Source: Candidatus Versatilivorator sp.
GTDB lineage: Bacteria; Acidobacteriota; Terriglobia; Versatilivoradales; Versatilivoraceae
Direction: 5' to 3'
Length of the DNA stretch: 64,000 nt
Assembly (NCBI GenBank): GCA_965207735.1
Contig: OZ242296.1
Coordinates: 1,760,001-1,824,000 of the forward strand
Part shown: one piece after another, positions 48,531 to 57,954 of the stretch
Layout of the letters: each line of letters starts with the position of its first letter
How positions within the stretch are numbered: the first letter of the stretch is position 1
Notes under the pieces: generated by a model
Database searches by the model: none
The model's input: the letters and a program-made list of their open reading frames with translations, nothing else
What the model was told of the DNA's origin: nothing
Program-made: the position numbers and the translations under genes

Positions 48531-49457
48531 ATGAAGCCCATCCTGGTGATCGGAAGTCTGAACATGGACTTCGTGGTTCAGACCGAAACACTCCCCCTGC
48601 CCGGAGAAACCATCAAGGGAAGGGATTTCAGCATGATCCCCGGCGGCAAGGGGGCCAACCAGGCCGTGGCTGCCGCCAGGCAGGGCGGACGCGTCCGCAT
48701 GGTGGGCCGGGTGGGACAAGACGAGTTCGGCCGCACCCTGACCGAGGGGCTCGCCTCCGCCGGCGTCGACGCAGGCCAGGTGCGGGCCACTGCCGGGGTG
48801 GCCACCGGCGTGGCCCTCATTCTGGTGGAGCGGGAGGGACAGAACCAGATCACCATTGCCGGCGGCGCCAACGACCGCCTGGAGGCCACCGATCTGGAAC
48901 CGGCTTTCCAGGACTTCATTGGGGGTATCGTTCTGCTGCAACTGGAGTCGCCCCTGCGGACGGTCGAGGCCGCCGCTCGACTGGCCCGGCAGCGAGAGGG
49001 AAAGACTATTCTGGATCCCGCTCCGGCAGCCGCCCTGCCCCCGACCCTGTTACGCAACCTGGATTTCCTGACTCCCAACGAGACCGAGGCGCTATTGCTG
49101 CTGGGAGAGCCGCCCGGAGAGATTCGCCTGGAGGATGCCCCCTCCCTGGGCCGCCGCCTGCTGGATCTGGGGCCGGCCACGGTGGTTCTCAAACTGGGAG
49201 ACAAGGGCGCCTGGGTGGTCAACCGAGACCTGAGCCGCCACTTTCCGGCCTATTCGGTCGAGGCGGCCGACGCCACCGCCGCCGGAGATACCTTCAACGG
49301 CGCCCTGGCGGCCAGCCTGGCCGAGGGAGGATCCCTGCCCCAGGCCATCGGCTTCGCCAATGCCGCCGCCGCCCTCTCGGTGACCCTGCCGGGAGCGCAA
49401 GCCTCCATTCCTTCCCGCAGCCAGGTCGATCGCTTCCTGGGCGAGCATCGAGGCTGA
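48531..49457 (+). CDS. rbsK: Ribokinase (PfkB family)
   Basis: GSLNMD; GGKGANQAVAAAR; LQLE; TPNETE; AAGDTFNG; GAQASIP. Confidence 0.88.
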   Translation: MKPILVIGSLNMDFVVQTETLPLPGETIKGRDFSMIPGGKGANQAVAAARQGGRVRMVGRVGQDEFGRTLTEGLASAGVDAGQVRATAGVATGVALILVEREGQNQITIAGGANDRLEATDLEPAFQDFIGGIVLLQLESPLRTVEAAARLARQREGKTILDPAPAAALPPTLLRNLDFLTPNETEALLLLGEPPGEIRLEDAPSLGRRLLDLGPATVVLKLGDKGAWVVNRDLSRHFPAYSVEAADATAAGDTFNGALAASLAEGGSLPQAIGFANAAAALSVTLPGAQASIPSRSQVDRFLGEHRG

Positions 49458-49614
49458 CGGCTGCTCATCCGCCGGCCACGTCGCTTGCGGCAGCGCCGAA
49501 TTCACCCCACCCCCAAAGCTACGCCGGCGTCCGCCCCCTACCGCAACCGACGCACGCCGGCGGTTACCGCCACGGCGCACAAGACCTTCGCCTGACGGCT
49601 TGGCTTGTGCGAAC

Positions 49615-49962
49615 CCCCCACAGCATCAGCCTTCGCCATCCAGCGCTGCCGTTCGGAGGCGCCGCGAATGCCCCCCACCGCATCAGCCTTCGCCATTCGG
49701 CTCGGCTTCTGCGACTCCCCCTCAAGGGGGGAGTGATAGGTACAAACCGGTAACATCCTTTACATAATAAACCGGGAACATGGTTTACACCCCGCCCGGG
49801 AATCGAGCAAGGCGCCCCATGCAAGCCTCAAGTATCACTCCCCCCTTGAGGGGGAGTCGGAGAGACAAGGGCTCCGCCCGCAGTCGATCCGGAGGGGGGC
49901 ATTCGCGGCGTCGCGAGGGGGCCCGCCCGCAGTCGAGACGGAGGGGGGCCAACGCGGCGCCC
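49615..49962. repeat. Palindromic repeat complex with a perfect 27-bp inverted pair
   Basis: cgactccccctcaaggggggagtgata (49712-49738) and its exact reverse complement (49833-49859); flanking direct repeats gcatcagccttcgccat x2 and ccgcccgcagtcga..ggaggggg x2. Confidence 0.85.
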
Positions 49963-50159
49963 CGTAAGTGAATACCACCCGTCAGGGCAAGTGCGCCAAG
50001 GCAGCGTCCGCGTGGCGCAAGCCTCACAATCATGCTGAACATCTACCTCGCCCGGGGCTGCTATACTATCGCTATCGGACATTGGAAACGTGGGGACGCA
50101 AAGCCGGCGGCGTTGCCGGCGTTCATGAGGTGCGGACCCGGTTCCGGGGTCGATCTCTC

Positions 50160-52040
50160 ATGAACCCTCATCGCCGTCTCTTGCCTGCCATTGCCGGACT
50201 AGTACTGGCTCTGGGCGGAGTCCCGTCGACGGCCCAGACCGTCCCGGAATACCAGCAGCAGGCGGAGCAGCTGCGCCAATACCACCAGGTCGAGGAGGCC
50301 ATCGGGGTGCTCCAGGACGGTTTGGAGAGGCACCCCGGCGAGCCCCGTCTGCTCCTTCCCCTGAGCCTGCTCCTGGTCGAATCCGGGAGAGCGGGCGAAG
50401 CCGAGGAGCATCTTCAGCAGGTCTTGTCGTTGCAGCCGCTGGACCCTGAAACCCACCGCAGCCTGGGGGAGGCCTATCTGCGGCAGGGCCGGCTTCCCCA
50501 GGCAATCCGCCACTTTCAACAATCCATCCGGCTCAGGAACAGCGACGAGAGGGTCCACTATCGCCTGGCCTTCCTTTTCCTGATCCAGGAACGTCTGGAT
50601 CTGGCAGTAGAACACACCCGTCGCGCCATCGAGATCGACCCCGGCGAGCCCCGATTTCGCGTGCTCTATTCCATGCTGCTGGGAATCCAGGGACACGAGG
50701 AAGACTCCTATGAGCAACTCAGGATCGCCCGCCGGTTGGCCCCCGCCGATGCGTCCATCCTCTTCCGGCTGAGTGAGAAGGAGCGTGCCGCCGGCCGCAC
50801 CGCCGCCGCCCTGGAATCGCTGAAGCTGGCTTCCGGGGTGGACCCCGAGAACCCCCTCTATCACTCCGAGCTGGCCCACCTCCACGGCCAACTGGGGCAG
50901 GATCGGGAGGCGGCCGAAGCCGCCCGCAAGGCGGGGCAGCTCTACCAGGCCTTCGAGGATTACATCGAGGCCCTGAATCTGATGGGCCGGGGGAAGACTC
51001 TCCAGGCTCTGCCTCTTCTGGAGCCGGCCGTGCAACGCCACCCGGAATTCACCAGCGGCAGCCTCTTGCTGGCAGACGCCTATCAGCGGCTGAAACGGCC
51101 GCAACCCGCCCTGCAGCTCTACCTCCAAATCCTGGAAAGGGATCCCTCCAATACCAAGGCCATGCAGGAGGCCACCTGGATCCTGGCCGGCCGGTCCGAC
51201 TTCGGCTCGGCCCTGCGCATCCTGGCCGAGGTTCCCCAGGCCCATCTCAACCAGTCGCTGATCGAAGCCTACTGGAAACAGGATCAGCAACAGCCTGCCG
51301 CCGCCCTGGAGCGGTTTCGCCAAGTGGAAAGCAGGAATCCGTTGAACCCGGGCCTGTTGCAATGGATCAGCTACTGTCTCTACACCCAGGGCCAGAAAGA
51401 GGAAGCCCTGAGAGTTCTGAGGAAGGTAGCCGACCTTCGACCGGAAGACGCCGGTGTCGAGCGGAGAATCGGGGAGATCGAGCTGGAAGGCCGCCGCGAG
51501 ACGGCGTTCGGCCACATGGAGACCAAGAACTGGGAGGCTGCGCTGGCAGCCTTCCGCGACCTGGCCGGGGAGACCGAAACCGGCGAGCGCCGGGCCTCCT
51601 ATCAGCTCCACCTCGCCTACTGCCATCAGCAGCTGGGCCAGCTGCGCCAGGCGGCCCGGGCCTACACCAGCGGCCTGCGGTCCCACCCGGGAGCGCATTG
51701 GGCCCGGCTGAACCTGGCCTCGACGCTCTACCGGCTCTCCCGCTTCCGGGAGGCCGTCGAACAGTGGGAACGACTTCCCGCCCCCTCCAAGACCGCCCCG
51801 ATCTATTTCCAGTTGGGAATCTGCTACCTCCACCTGGACCGCTACGACCGGGCCGAGACGGCGTTCCGCCGGTCGCTGGAGAAAGGCAACCGCTCCCCCC
51901 AACTGCTCTACAACCTGGGAACCACCCTGCTGCGAAGTTTCAAGACCCCCGAGGGCTGGGCTCTGATTAGACGTTCAGCCGCCGCCAACTATCCGCCCGC
52001 CCTTGCCCTTCTCAGACGGGCCGGCCTGACCGGGCGCTAG
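50160..52040 (+). CDS. Tetratricopeptide repeat protein with signal peptide
   Basis: Many 34-aa A/L/Y/G helical repeats (e.g. THRSLGEAYLRQGRLPQAIRHFQQSIRL). Confidence 0.88.
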   Translation: MNPHRRLLPAIAGLVLALGGVPSTAQTVPEYQQQAEQLRQYHQVEEAIGVLQDGLERHPGEPRLLLPLSLLLVESGRAGEAEEHLQQVLSLQPLDPETHRSLGEAYLRQGRLPQAIRHFQQSIRLRNSDERVHYRLAFLFLIQERLDLAVEHTRRAIEIDPGEPRFRVLYSMLLGIQGHEEDSYEQLRIARRLAPADASILFRLSEKERAAGRTAAALESLKLASGVDPENPLYHSELAHLHGQLGQDREAAEAARKAGQLYQAFEDYIEALNLMGRGKTLQALPLLEPAVQRHPEFTSGSLLLADAYQRLKRPQPALQLYLQILERDPSNTKAMQEATWILAGRSDFGSALRILAEVPQAHLNQSLIEAYWKQDQQQPAAALERFRQVESRNPLNPGLLQWISYCLYTQGQKEEALRVLRKVADLRPEDAGVERRIGEIELEGRRETAFGHMETKNWEAALAAFRDLAGETETGERRASYQLHLAYCHQQLGQLRQAARAYTSGLRSHPGAHWARLNLASTLYRLSRFREAVEQWERLPAPSKTAPIYFQLGICYLHLDRYDRAETAFRRSLEKGNRSPQLLYNLGTTLLRSFKTPEGWALIRRSAAANYPPALALLRRAGLTGR

Positions 52041-52049
52041 CGAGTCCGT

Positions 52050-52101
52050 GCCTCAAACCGAAAAGCCAAAATAAAGACCTCCACGAAGGGACACGAAAAA
52101 C
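52050..52101 (+). repeat. Short degenerate unit A end
   Basis: gcctcaaaccgaaaagccaaaataaagacctccacgaagggacacgaa. Confidence 0.65.
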
Positions 52102-52881
52102 ATGGAGAATATAGCCATGCCGCCGGTGGAAATACGCACCACCCAAACCATCCTGTCTCTGGATGCCGAGGGCCGGGACCGAGCCGCCCTCTGGTTTCCG
52201 GAATTGGTCGAGATCGGGGACACCGGAGAACGACCGGTATTCTTCGACGGTCCGTCCCCCTGCCCCGCCTGGCAATCCCGGGACGGCTCGACCCTGGGTT
52301 ACACGGTCGAGATCCCGGGTAGTCTGGCCATCGACGCCAGCATCCGGTCACACCCGCCCGGATTCGACCTCAGCCTCGAGCTCACCAACGCAAGCCCGCG
52401 GGACTGGAAGCAGGTGATTGCCGCCGTTTGCCTGCAACTGACGCCGGCAGCCTCCTTTCTGGATCTGACCAGGGAACGGACCGGCTGCGTTTGCGGCGGA
52501 CGGGTGCGGTCCTTCGCCGAAATGAAGACCATCGGAGGGCGCCCCGTTTACCTGTTTTCATTCGTCCGCGACCACACCCCCCAGAAGCTGCACGGGGACC
52601 CCACCCGACCCGGAGCCAAGTGGAGCCACACGGTCGAGCACCCCGACGACGGATTCCTGTGGGTAAGCGCCGCCGGTTCCAACCGGACGCTCTGGATGGG
52701 TTGGGACGACAGCCAGTTCCTTCAGAGCAACATCACCCCCGCCTACGGATGTGTCCACTCCAATCCCTTCTTCGGCGATCTGGCTTCAGGAGAATCGGTT
52801 CGCAGGAGAGGCCGGATCGCCGTGCTGGACGGCAGCCCCAAGGAGGCCCACCGGGACTTTCTGAGAGAGTTCGGCGGGTAG
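52102..52881 (+). CDS. Hypothetical protein (beta-rich)
   Basis: 259-aa ORF with typical codon style; no recognised motif. Confidence 0.65.
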   Translation: MENIAMPPVEIRTTQTILSLDAEGRDRAALWFPELVEIGDTGERPVFFDGPSPCPAWQSRDGSTLGYTVEIPGSLAIDASIRSHPPGFDLSLELTNASPRDWKQVIAAVCLQLTPAASFLDLTRERTGCVCGGRVRSFAEMKTIGGRPVYLFSFVRDHTPQKLHGDPTRPGAKWSHTVEHPDDGFLWVSAAGSNRTLWMGWDDSQFLQSNITPAYGCVHSNPFFGDLASGESVRRRGRIAVLDGSPKEAHRDFLREFGG

Positions 52882-53122
52882 TGGAGCCTGCAATAGTCGC
52901 CCAATTCCAGACGCAGAGAAAGCGGGTTGCGTCGCACAAGAGATCTTAGTAGGTCAGGACGGTGCTGTCCCCCACCGACCAAAGTCCCCCTTGCCGCACA
53001 GTGCTCAATGAGATTAAAATGTCGGGTTGATCCCGGCGGTTCGGAGGGTCTTCCGCTGGTCCTGTGCCGGCCTTCTTCCCGGATGCCGGCCGGCCCTAAT
53101 GTGGCAATTCCAAGGAGAAACC

Positions 53123-53926
53123 GTGCACTTCACCCAGGAACAAATCGAATTCTTCCAAGCTAACGGATATCTGCTGGGCCCCCGGGTGCTGTCGGAGGCC
53201 CGGATCGCGGAGTTGAAGCAGCGCATCCAGGGCATCCTGGACGGCAGCGTCTCCTTTCCCCAGCTCTACAAGGGAGAAACGGTGGAAAAGTCCGATGCCA
53301 AGGGTCAGTTGCCTTCGGTGAAGGTCGTCAACCTTTCCCGCCACGACTCGGTGTTTCGCAAGGTTCTAGGCAACGAGGCCGTCAGCACTCTGGCCCACGA
53401 CCTCATGGAAGGGCCGGTACGGCTCTGGGAAGACCAGATGATCTACAAGCCGCCCTTCGACCGCGAGACCACGCTGGGGTGGCACCAGGACTACACCTAC
53501 TGGAACCACGTCTATCCTTCGGACCTGGCCACCTGCTGGATCGCCATCGACGATGCCACCGTCGACAATGGCTGCATGTACGTGGTTCCGGGAAGTCACC
53601 GCTGGGAGCTGGATTACTCCCGCGAGGACGTGGACGTGACCGACCCGGAGTGGCTCCTGAAGCGCTCCGATCTACCCGCCAAAGTGGAACCGGTGGCCTG
53701 TGAAGTGCCGGCCGGCCACTGCCATTTTCACCACTGCAGAACCTTTCACGGCTCCTACGGCAACAAGACCGACAACCCCCGGCGGAGCTACGTCATGCAC
53801 CTGATGCCGGGAAATATCCGCCGCGGCGGCGATGACTGGAACGACCGCATGGCCTCGGTGGAGGGAGTGGCCGTGGGAGAGATCGTAAAAGGCCCCAGCT
53901 ATCCGGAATTGCCGGTTTCGGCTTAG
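53123..53926 (+). CDS. Phytanoyl-CoA dioxygenase (PhyH) family
   Basis: AAGGAG RBS + GTG; WHQDYTYW; WIAIDDATVDNGCMYVVPGSH; HGSYGN..RR. Confidence 0.92.
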   Translation: MHFTQEQIEFFQANGYLLGPRVLSEARIAELKQRIQGILDGSVSFPQLYKGETVEKSDAKGQLPSVKVVNLSRHDSVFRKVLGNEAVSTLAHDLMEGPVRLWEDQMIYKPPFDRETTLGWHQDYTYWNHVYPSDLATCWIAIDDATVDNGCMYVVPGSHRWELDYSREDVDVTDPEWLLKRSDLPAKVEPVACEVPAGHCHFHHCRTFHGSYGNKTDNPRRSYVMHLMPGNIRRGGDDWNDRMASVEGVAVGEIVKGPSYPELPVSA

Positions 53927-55206
53927 TCCTCAATATTCCTCCACTCCAACTGCAGGAATTTGAAGGGCTTGTCCCCGAGCACCTTGTATCCGTGCTTGAC
54001 GAAGCGGGGCGTGAAGATGATGTCTCCGGGGCCGACCTCGCGCTCGAACTCGCCCACCTCCCACAGCGCTTTGCCCTCCAGCACGATTTCGATCTGCTCC
54101 ATGTCCGGATGGTAGTGGACAGGGGTGTTGCCCCCAGGGGCGTACTGCACCAGGGCGATGATCGCCGATTCCGAGTTGATCTGCGGTGCGAGAAAGGTCA
54201 CCTGTGAAATGCCGAAGTGCCCTCCGGCTGCCTCGGCGCTGATTTGCTGGATAGGATGGGTCTTTTCGGAGATCACGTACCCCACCGGCTCCGCCACCGC
54301 CACATCCAGGGCTCCGCTCCCGTCGAGATCCAATCCCTTCTTGGCCCTTGGCCACCAACGGGTAAAGCCTCCCAGATTGAACTTGAGTCGGGATACGGTG
54401 TGAGGGTTGGCCTTGCCGTTGGCGACGAACAGTTCCCCCGAAGCCGTGAAGTCCAGACCGCTGGGAGATTTCAGCGTCGGATTCTTGACGGGGTCTCCCG
54501 CCACCAACTCCCCCTCGCTCAACAGAACGCGGTGAAGCTGGTCAGTGGCGGCATCGGCAATGAAAGCCTCGCCCCAAGGGCTTTCGGCAGCGCCTGTCAG
54601 TTCACCTCCCGACAGAACCAGGGCGGTTCGGGGACCGCCCGCCAGGGACTCTCCCGACTTGTCGGTGAGCTGGTAGACGTGATCGCCGGAAATCCCGAAG
54701 ACCCGGCCCTGCAACACGAACACATCCCGGTAGGTGCTCCCCGTCATCTTTCCGAACTTGTCCTTCACGGGATCTCGACGGGGTGCGCTGTTCCAGTCCT
54801 TGAAGTACATATGGCTCCGTTGGCGGAAGGTCTCGTCAAGATTCGGGTCTTCAAGGAGCCGCCCGCTCAGACCGGCACGGTCCCCCGGATTGCCGTCGTA
54901 GAGCCTGAGCCGGTCGGCGGCCGGGTCGTAGACCAGCCGGCCCCTCAGGTGCCGCTGGCGGTCGTATACCGAGAGGATATTGCCCCGCTTCATGGCAATT
55001 GAGGCGGCAGGAAAGATGCCTGGGAAATCCTGGTCGCTGTAGGAAGCCACCTGCTTGACCTCGTCCTGCTTGTCTCTGATCTTGTACTGGACGATCTCCC
55101 CCTCGTTCTTGAGGATAAAGATCCGCTCCGTGGCCAGACAGGGCAACAGGGTGAAGAGCAGCAGCGGCAACCCCAACAGCGGGGTCCTCAGGGTGCGTAT
55201 TGTCAT
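53923..55206 (-). CDS. Secreted beta-propeller-like protein with C-terminal cupin domain
   Basis: Signal peptide; NHL-like SPSGLDFTASGELFVAN; cupin HYHPDMEQ..GDIIFTPRFVKHG. Confidence 0.7.
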   Translation of the reverse strand: MTIRTLRTPLLGLPLLLFTLLPCLATERIFILKNEGEIVQYKIRDKQDEVKQVASYSDQDFPGIFPAASIAMKRGNILSVYDRQRHLRGRLVYDPAADRLRLYDGNPGDRAGLSGRLLEDPNLDETFRQRSHMYFKDWNSAPRRDPVKDKFGKMTGSTYRDVFVLQGRVFGISGDHVYQLTDKSGESLAGGPRTALVLSGGELTGAAESPWGEAFIADAATDQLHRVLLSEGELVAGDPVKNPTLKSPSGLDFTASGELFVANGKANPHTVSRLKFNLGGFTRWWPRAKKGLDLDGSGALDVAVAEPVGYVISEKTHPIQQISAEAAGGHFGISQVTFLAPQINSESAIIALVQYAPGGNTPVHYHPDMEQIEIVLEGKALWEVGEFEREVGPGDIIFTPRFVKHGYKVLGDKPFKFLQLEWRNIED

Positions 55207-55289
55207 CGATTCCTCCATTCCTTTGGTTGTTCCGGAGACACGGGCAATGCCCCGACTCCATGTCATTCGGGGCAAGCCAGTCGGAAAAT

Positions 55290-56168
55290 CTAGCGAAATT
55301 GCAGCCGGGCCCACTCCTCGGCGCTCCGCACGGCGCGCTCCGGCCGGCTCCGGCTGCGGGCGATGTGTCCCTGGTCCTGGCGCAGGGTCGGTTGGCGGGC
55401 GTCCTGATAGCGCCAGTCCAGGTTCCAGCGAACCGTCCGGCTGCGATTGGGCAAGCCCTGGTGAAACAGCAGATTGCTGAACAGCACCATGTCCCCCGGG
55501 TCCAGCTCGATGGATACGGCCTTCTCGAATAAGGGCGTATACCTGGGGTCGACGATCTCCAGGTAGTAGCGTCGGCTGACGTGGGGCACCACCCCCAGCT
55601 TGTGGCTGCCCGGGACGAACTGCATGCAGCCGTTCTCCTCCCGCGCCGGCACCAGCGGCGACCAGACATTGAGCATTCGCAACTCCACCACGTCATCTTC
55701 CTGTACAGCGTCACTAGTGTGCACGAAGTGGGTGTAGCCCCCGTCCTGGTGCCACCAGATGCGAGTGCCCTCCCAGTCGGGGAGCTTGGGACGCACGGTG
55801 TAGTTGGGATAGAGGCGAATCTCGCCGCCCAAGACCGACTCGACCAGGTCGAGGAGCTCCGGATGAAAAAAATAGCCGAAGATGCCGGGCAAGTGCAGTT
55901 CGCGGCGGAAGCTTTGGGGCGCCCGGTCCAGGCAGTCCCGGAACAGCCGGTAGATCCGGGTGTCGAAGGGCTCGTCTGCAAAGGAGGACTGGACCCGTCC
56001 CTCCCGAATCAACCCGGCAGCCAGTTGGTCGACCAGCCCGTTGAGATCGGCCCGGGCATCGGCCACCACTTGCGGTTCCACCAGACCCCGCAGGACGACA
56101 TATCCCTCCTCGTCCAGTTGCTTTCTTAACCCAGATTGCATGAGGTCATTGGAGCGGGCTTGGGGCAC
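55290..56168 (-). CDS. Phytanoyl-CoA dioxygenase (PhyH) family
   Basis: WHQDGGY; NGCMQFVPGSH; GDMVLFSNLLFHQGLPN..RWNLDWRY. Confidence 0.92.
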   Translation of the reverse strand: MPQARSNDLMQSGLRKQLDEEGYVVLRGLVEPQVVADARADLNGLVDQLAAGLIREGRVQSSFADEPFDTRIYRLFRDCLDRAPQSFRRELHLPGIFGYFFHPELLDLVESVLGGEIRLYPNYTVRPKLPDWEGTRIWWHQDGGYTHFVHTSDAVQEDDVVELRMLNVWSPLVPAREENGCMQFVPGSHKLGVVPHVSRRYYLEIVDPRYTPLFEKAVSIELDPGDMVLFSNLLFHQGLPNRSRTVRWNLDWRYQDARQPTLRQDQGHIARSRSRPERAVRSAEEWARLQFR

Positions 56169-56265
56169 AGACAGACTCCCAGGAGCAAGCAGGGATCATA
56201 GAGTAAATGGGTGGATAAATAAAGAAGGCCGGCGAGGATCGCCGCAGTCGATCGCGGCAAAAAAT

Positions 56266-57026
56266 ACTTGCCTGAAACAAACGACAAGAGACAAAAGAAA
56301 AAGACTTATCCACGAAGGGGCACGAAGAACGACGAAGGGACACTAAGGCGCTGAGGTTAACCGCGACGGGGTGCCAAGGTCACAAAGGGATTATCGATTT
56401 CTGATTGTTTGACTCTCGAATGATCTGCACGGCAGGACAGGGGCCGGCTTGCCTCAAACAGACGAAAAAAGACAAAAGACAAAGAGTTATCCACGAAGAG
56501 ACACGAAGAACGGCGAAGGGCCACTAAGGCGCTGAGGTTTACCGCGACGGCATACCAAGGTCACAACGGGATGGTCGATTTCTGGTTGTTTCACTCTCGT
56601 ATGATCCGCCCGGTACGGCGGCGGCCGGACTCGCGGACAAAACGGGAGTTTTCCAAAAGGCGCCCGTCGGCTTTCAGAGAATTCGCCCCCCCGGATACCC
56701 TCCATCGCACCATCGGGACGCCCGCGCTCCCGGGTGGCATTCTCCCCTGACGCCGTGACACCAACGTCACAATATTGCAGAAGCGCCCGGGCGCCGCTCG
56801 TCATTGACCGAGCTCCATCCCTATTCGTCCCCATTCGTGTTCATTGGTGGTTCGTCTTCATTTCCAAAACCAAAACGGCTGGCTGTTTATCCTGTCTATC
56901 CTGTGCATCCATGTTCAATCAGTAGAAAACCGGTTTTGCACGACAGTGCCCTTGTTCCCGATAGGACATGAAGATGCGTTGTTTCACTCTCGTATGATCC
57001 GCCCGTCGTGGGGGGCGGGACTTGTC
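56266..57026 (+). repeat. Composite repeat: A + A + E + F
   Basis: Junction cores at 56271 and 56452 (181-bp period); E at 56669-56852; F at 56883-57016. Confidence 0.92.
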
Positions 57027-57153
57027 CCCAAGAACCGGCGCCCGTGCGGTCACACCCGATGCCATCGTGATATGGTAGGAGCGGACGGCGTCCGACGACG
57101 ATCAGTTCCACCATCGATTCCAGCCGGTCACATCCAAAAGAACCCCAGGAGCC

Positions 57154-57945
57154 ATGCCAGTGAGAAAGAGCAAAGTCTTGAAAAAATTCCGCAGCGGCAA
57201 GTTCGCCCGGATCTGCGGAATGGGACACTTCCTTCCCTTCTTCATTCGCCACGCCGCCCACTCTCGATACGACGGGATCTGGTTCGACCTGGAACACCGA
57301 GCCATGAACGACAGAGAAGTGCAGTCCATTCTGGCCCTGTGTCAGCTCCACGATATCGATTGCATGATCCGTCCCTCCACCCGGGAACCCGCTCGCCTGT
57401 ACCGGTACCTGGAAGAGGGAGCCGCCGGCTTCATGTTTCCCTTTGTCAACAACGCCCAGGTCGCCAGGCAACTGGTCCGGGCGGTCAAGTTTCCACCTGT
57501 GGGCGACCGTGGAGTCGACGGGGCGGGAATGGATGCAGACTACACCCTGGCTGCCTGGACGCCGGGGAGCGACTACTGTGGGGAAGCCAACCGCGAGACC
57601 TTCATCCTGGCACAAATCGAGACCCCTGAGGCGCTGGAAAACGTGGAAGAAATCGCTGCCGTGGAGGGGATCGACTGTCTCTTCGTGGGTCCCGCCGATC
57701 TCACCCGTCGCATGTCCAGCTTGCCCGGGAACAAGCCGTTCGTTCTGGATGACGCCGTCCAGCGAGTGGCTGAGGCCGCCAGCCAAGCCGGCAAGGCCTG
57801 GGGGGTCACTGTGCCCTCTCTGGAGGCCTTGGCAAAATACCGCAGGATGGGAGGCCAGGTGATGCCCTGGGGAGGAGACTATTTCCTGGTCGGGGTCCTG
57901 GACCAATGCCGCCGGGACCTGGATGGAGTCCTGGAACCGGAATAG
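57154..57945 (+). CDS. HpcH/HpaI aldolase family
   Basis: WFDLEH; VKFPPVGDRG; AQIETPEALENVEEIAAVEGIDCLFVGPADL. Confidence 0.92.
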   Translation: MPVRKSKVLKKFRSGKFARICGMGHFLPFFIRHAAHSRYDGIWFDLEHRAMNDREVQSILALCQLHDIDCMIRPSTREPARLYRYLEEGAAGFMFPFVNNAQVARQLVRAVKFPPVGDRGVDGAGMDADYTLAAWTPGSDYCGEANRETFILAQIETPEALENVEEIAAVEGIDCLFVGPADLTRRMSSLPGNKPFVLDDAVQRVAEAASQAGKAWGVTVPSLEALAKYRRMGGQVMPWGGDYFLVGVLDQCRRDLDGVLEPE

Positions 57946-57954
57946 GGCCTCCCC

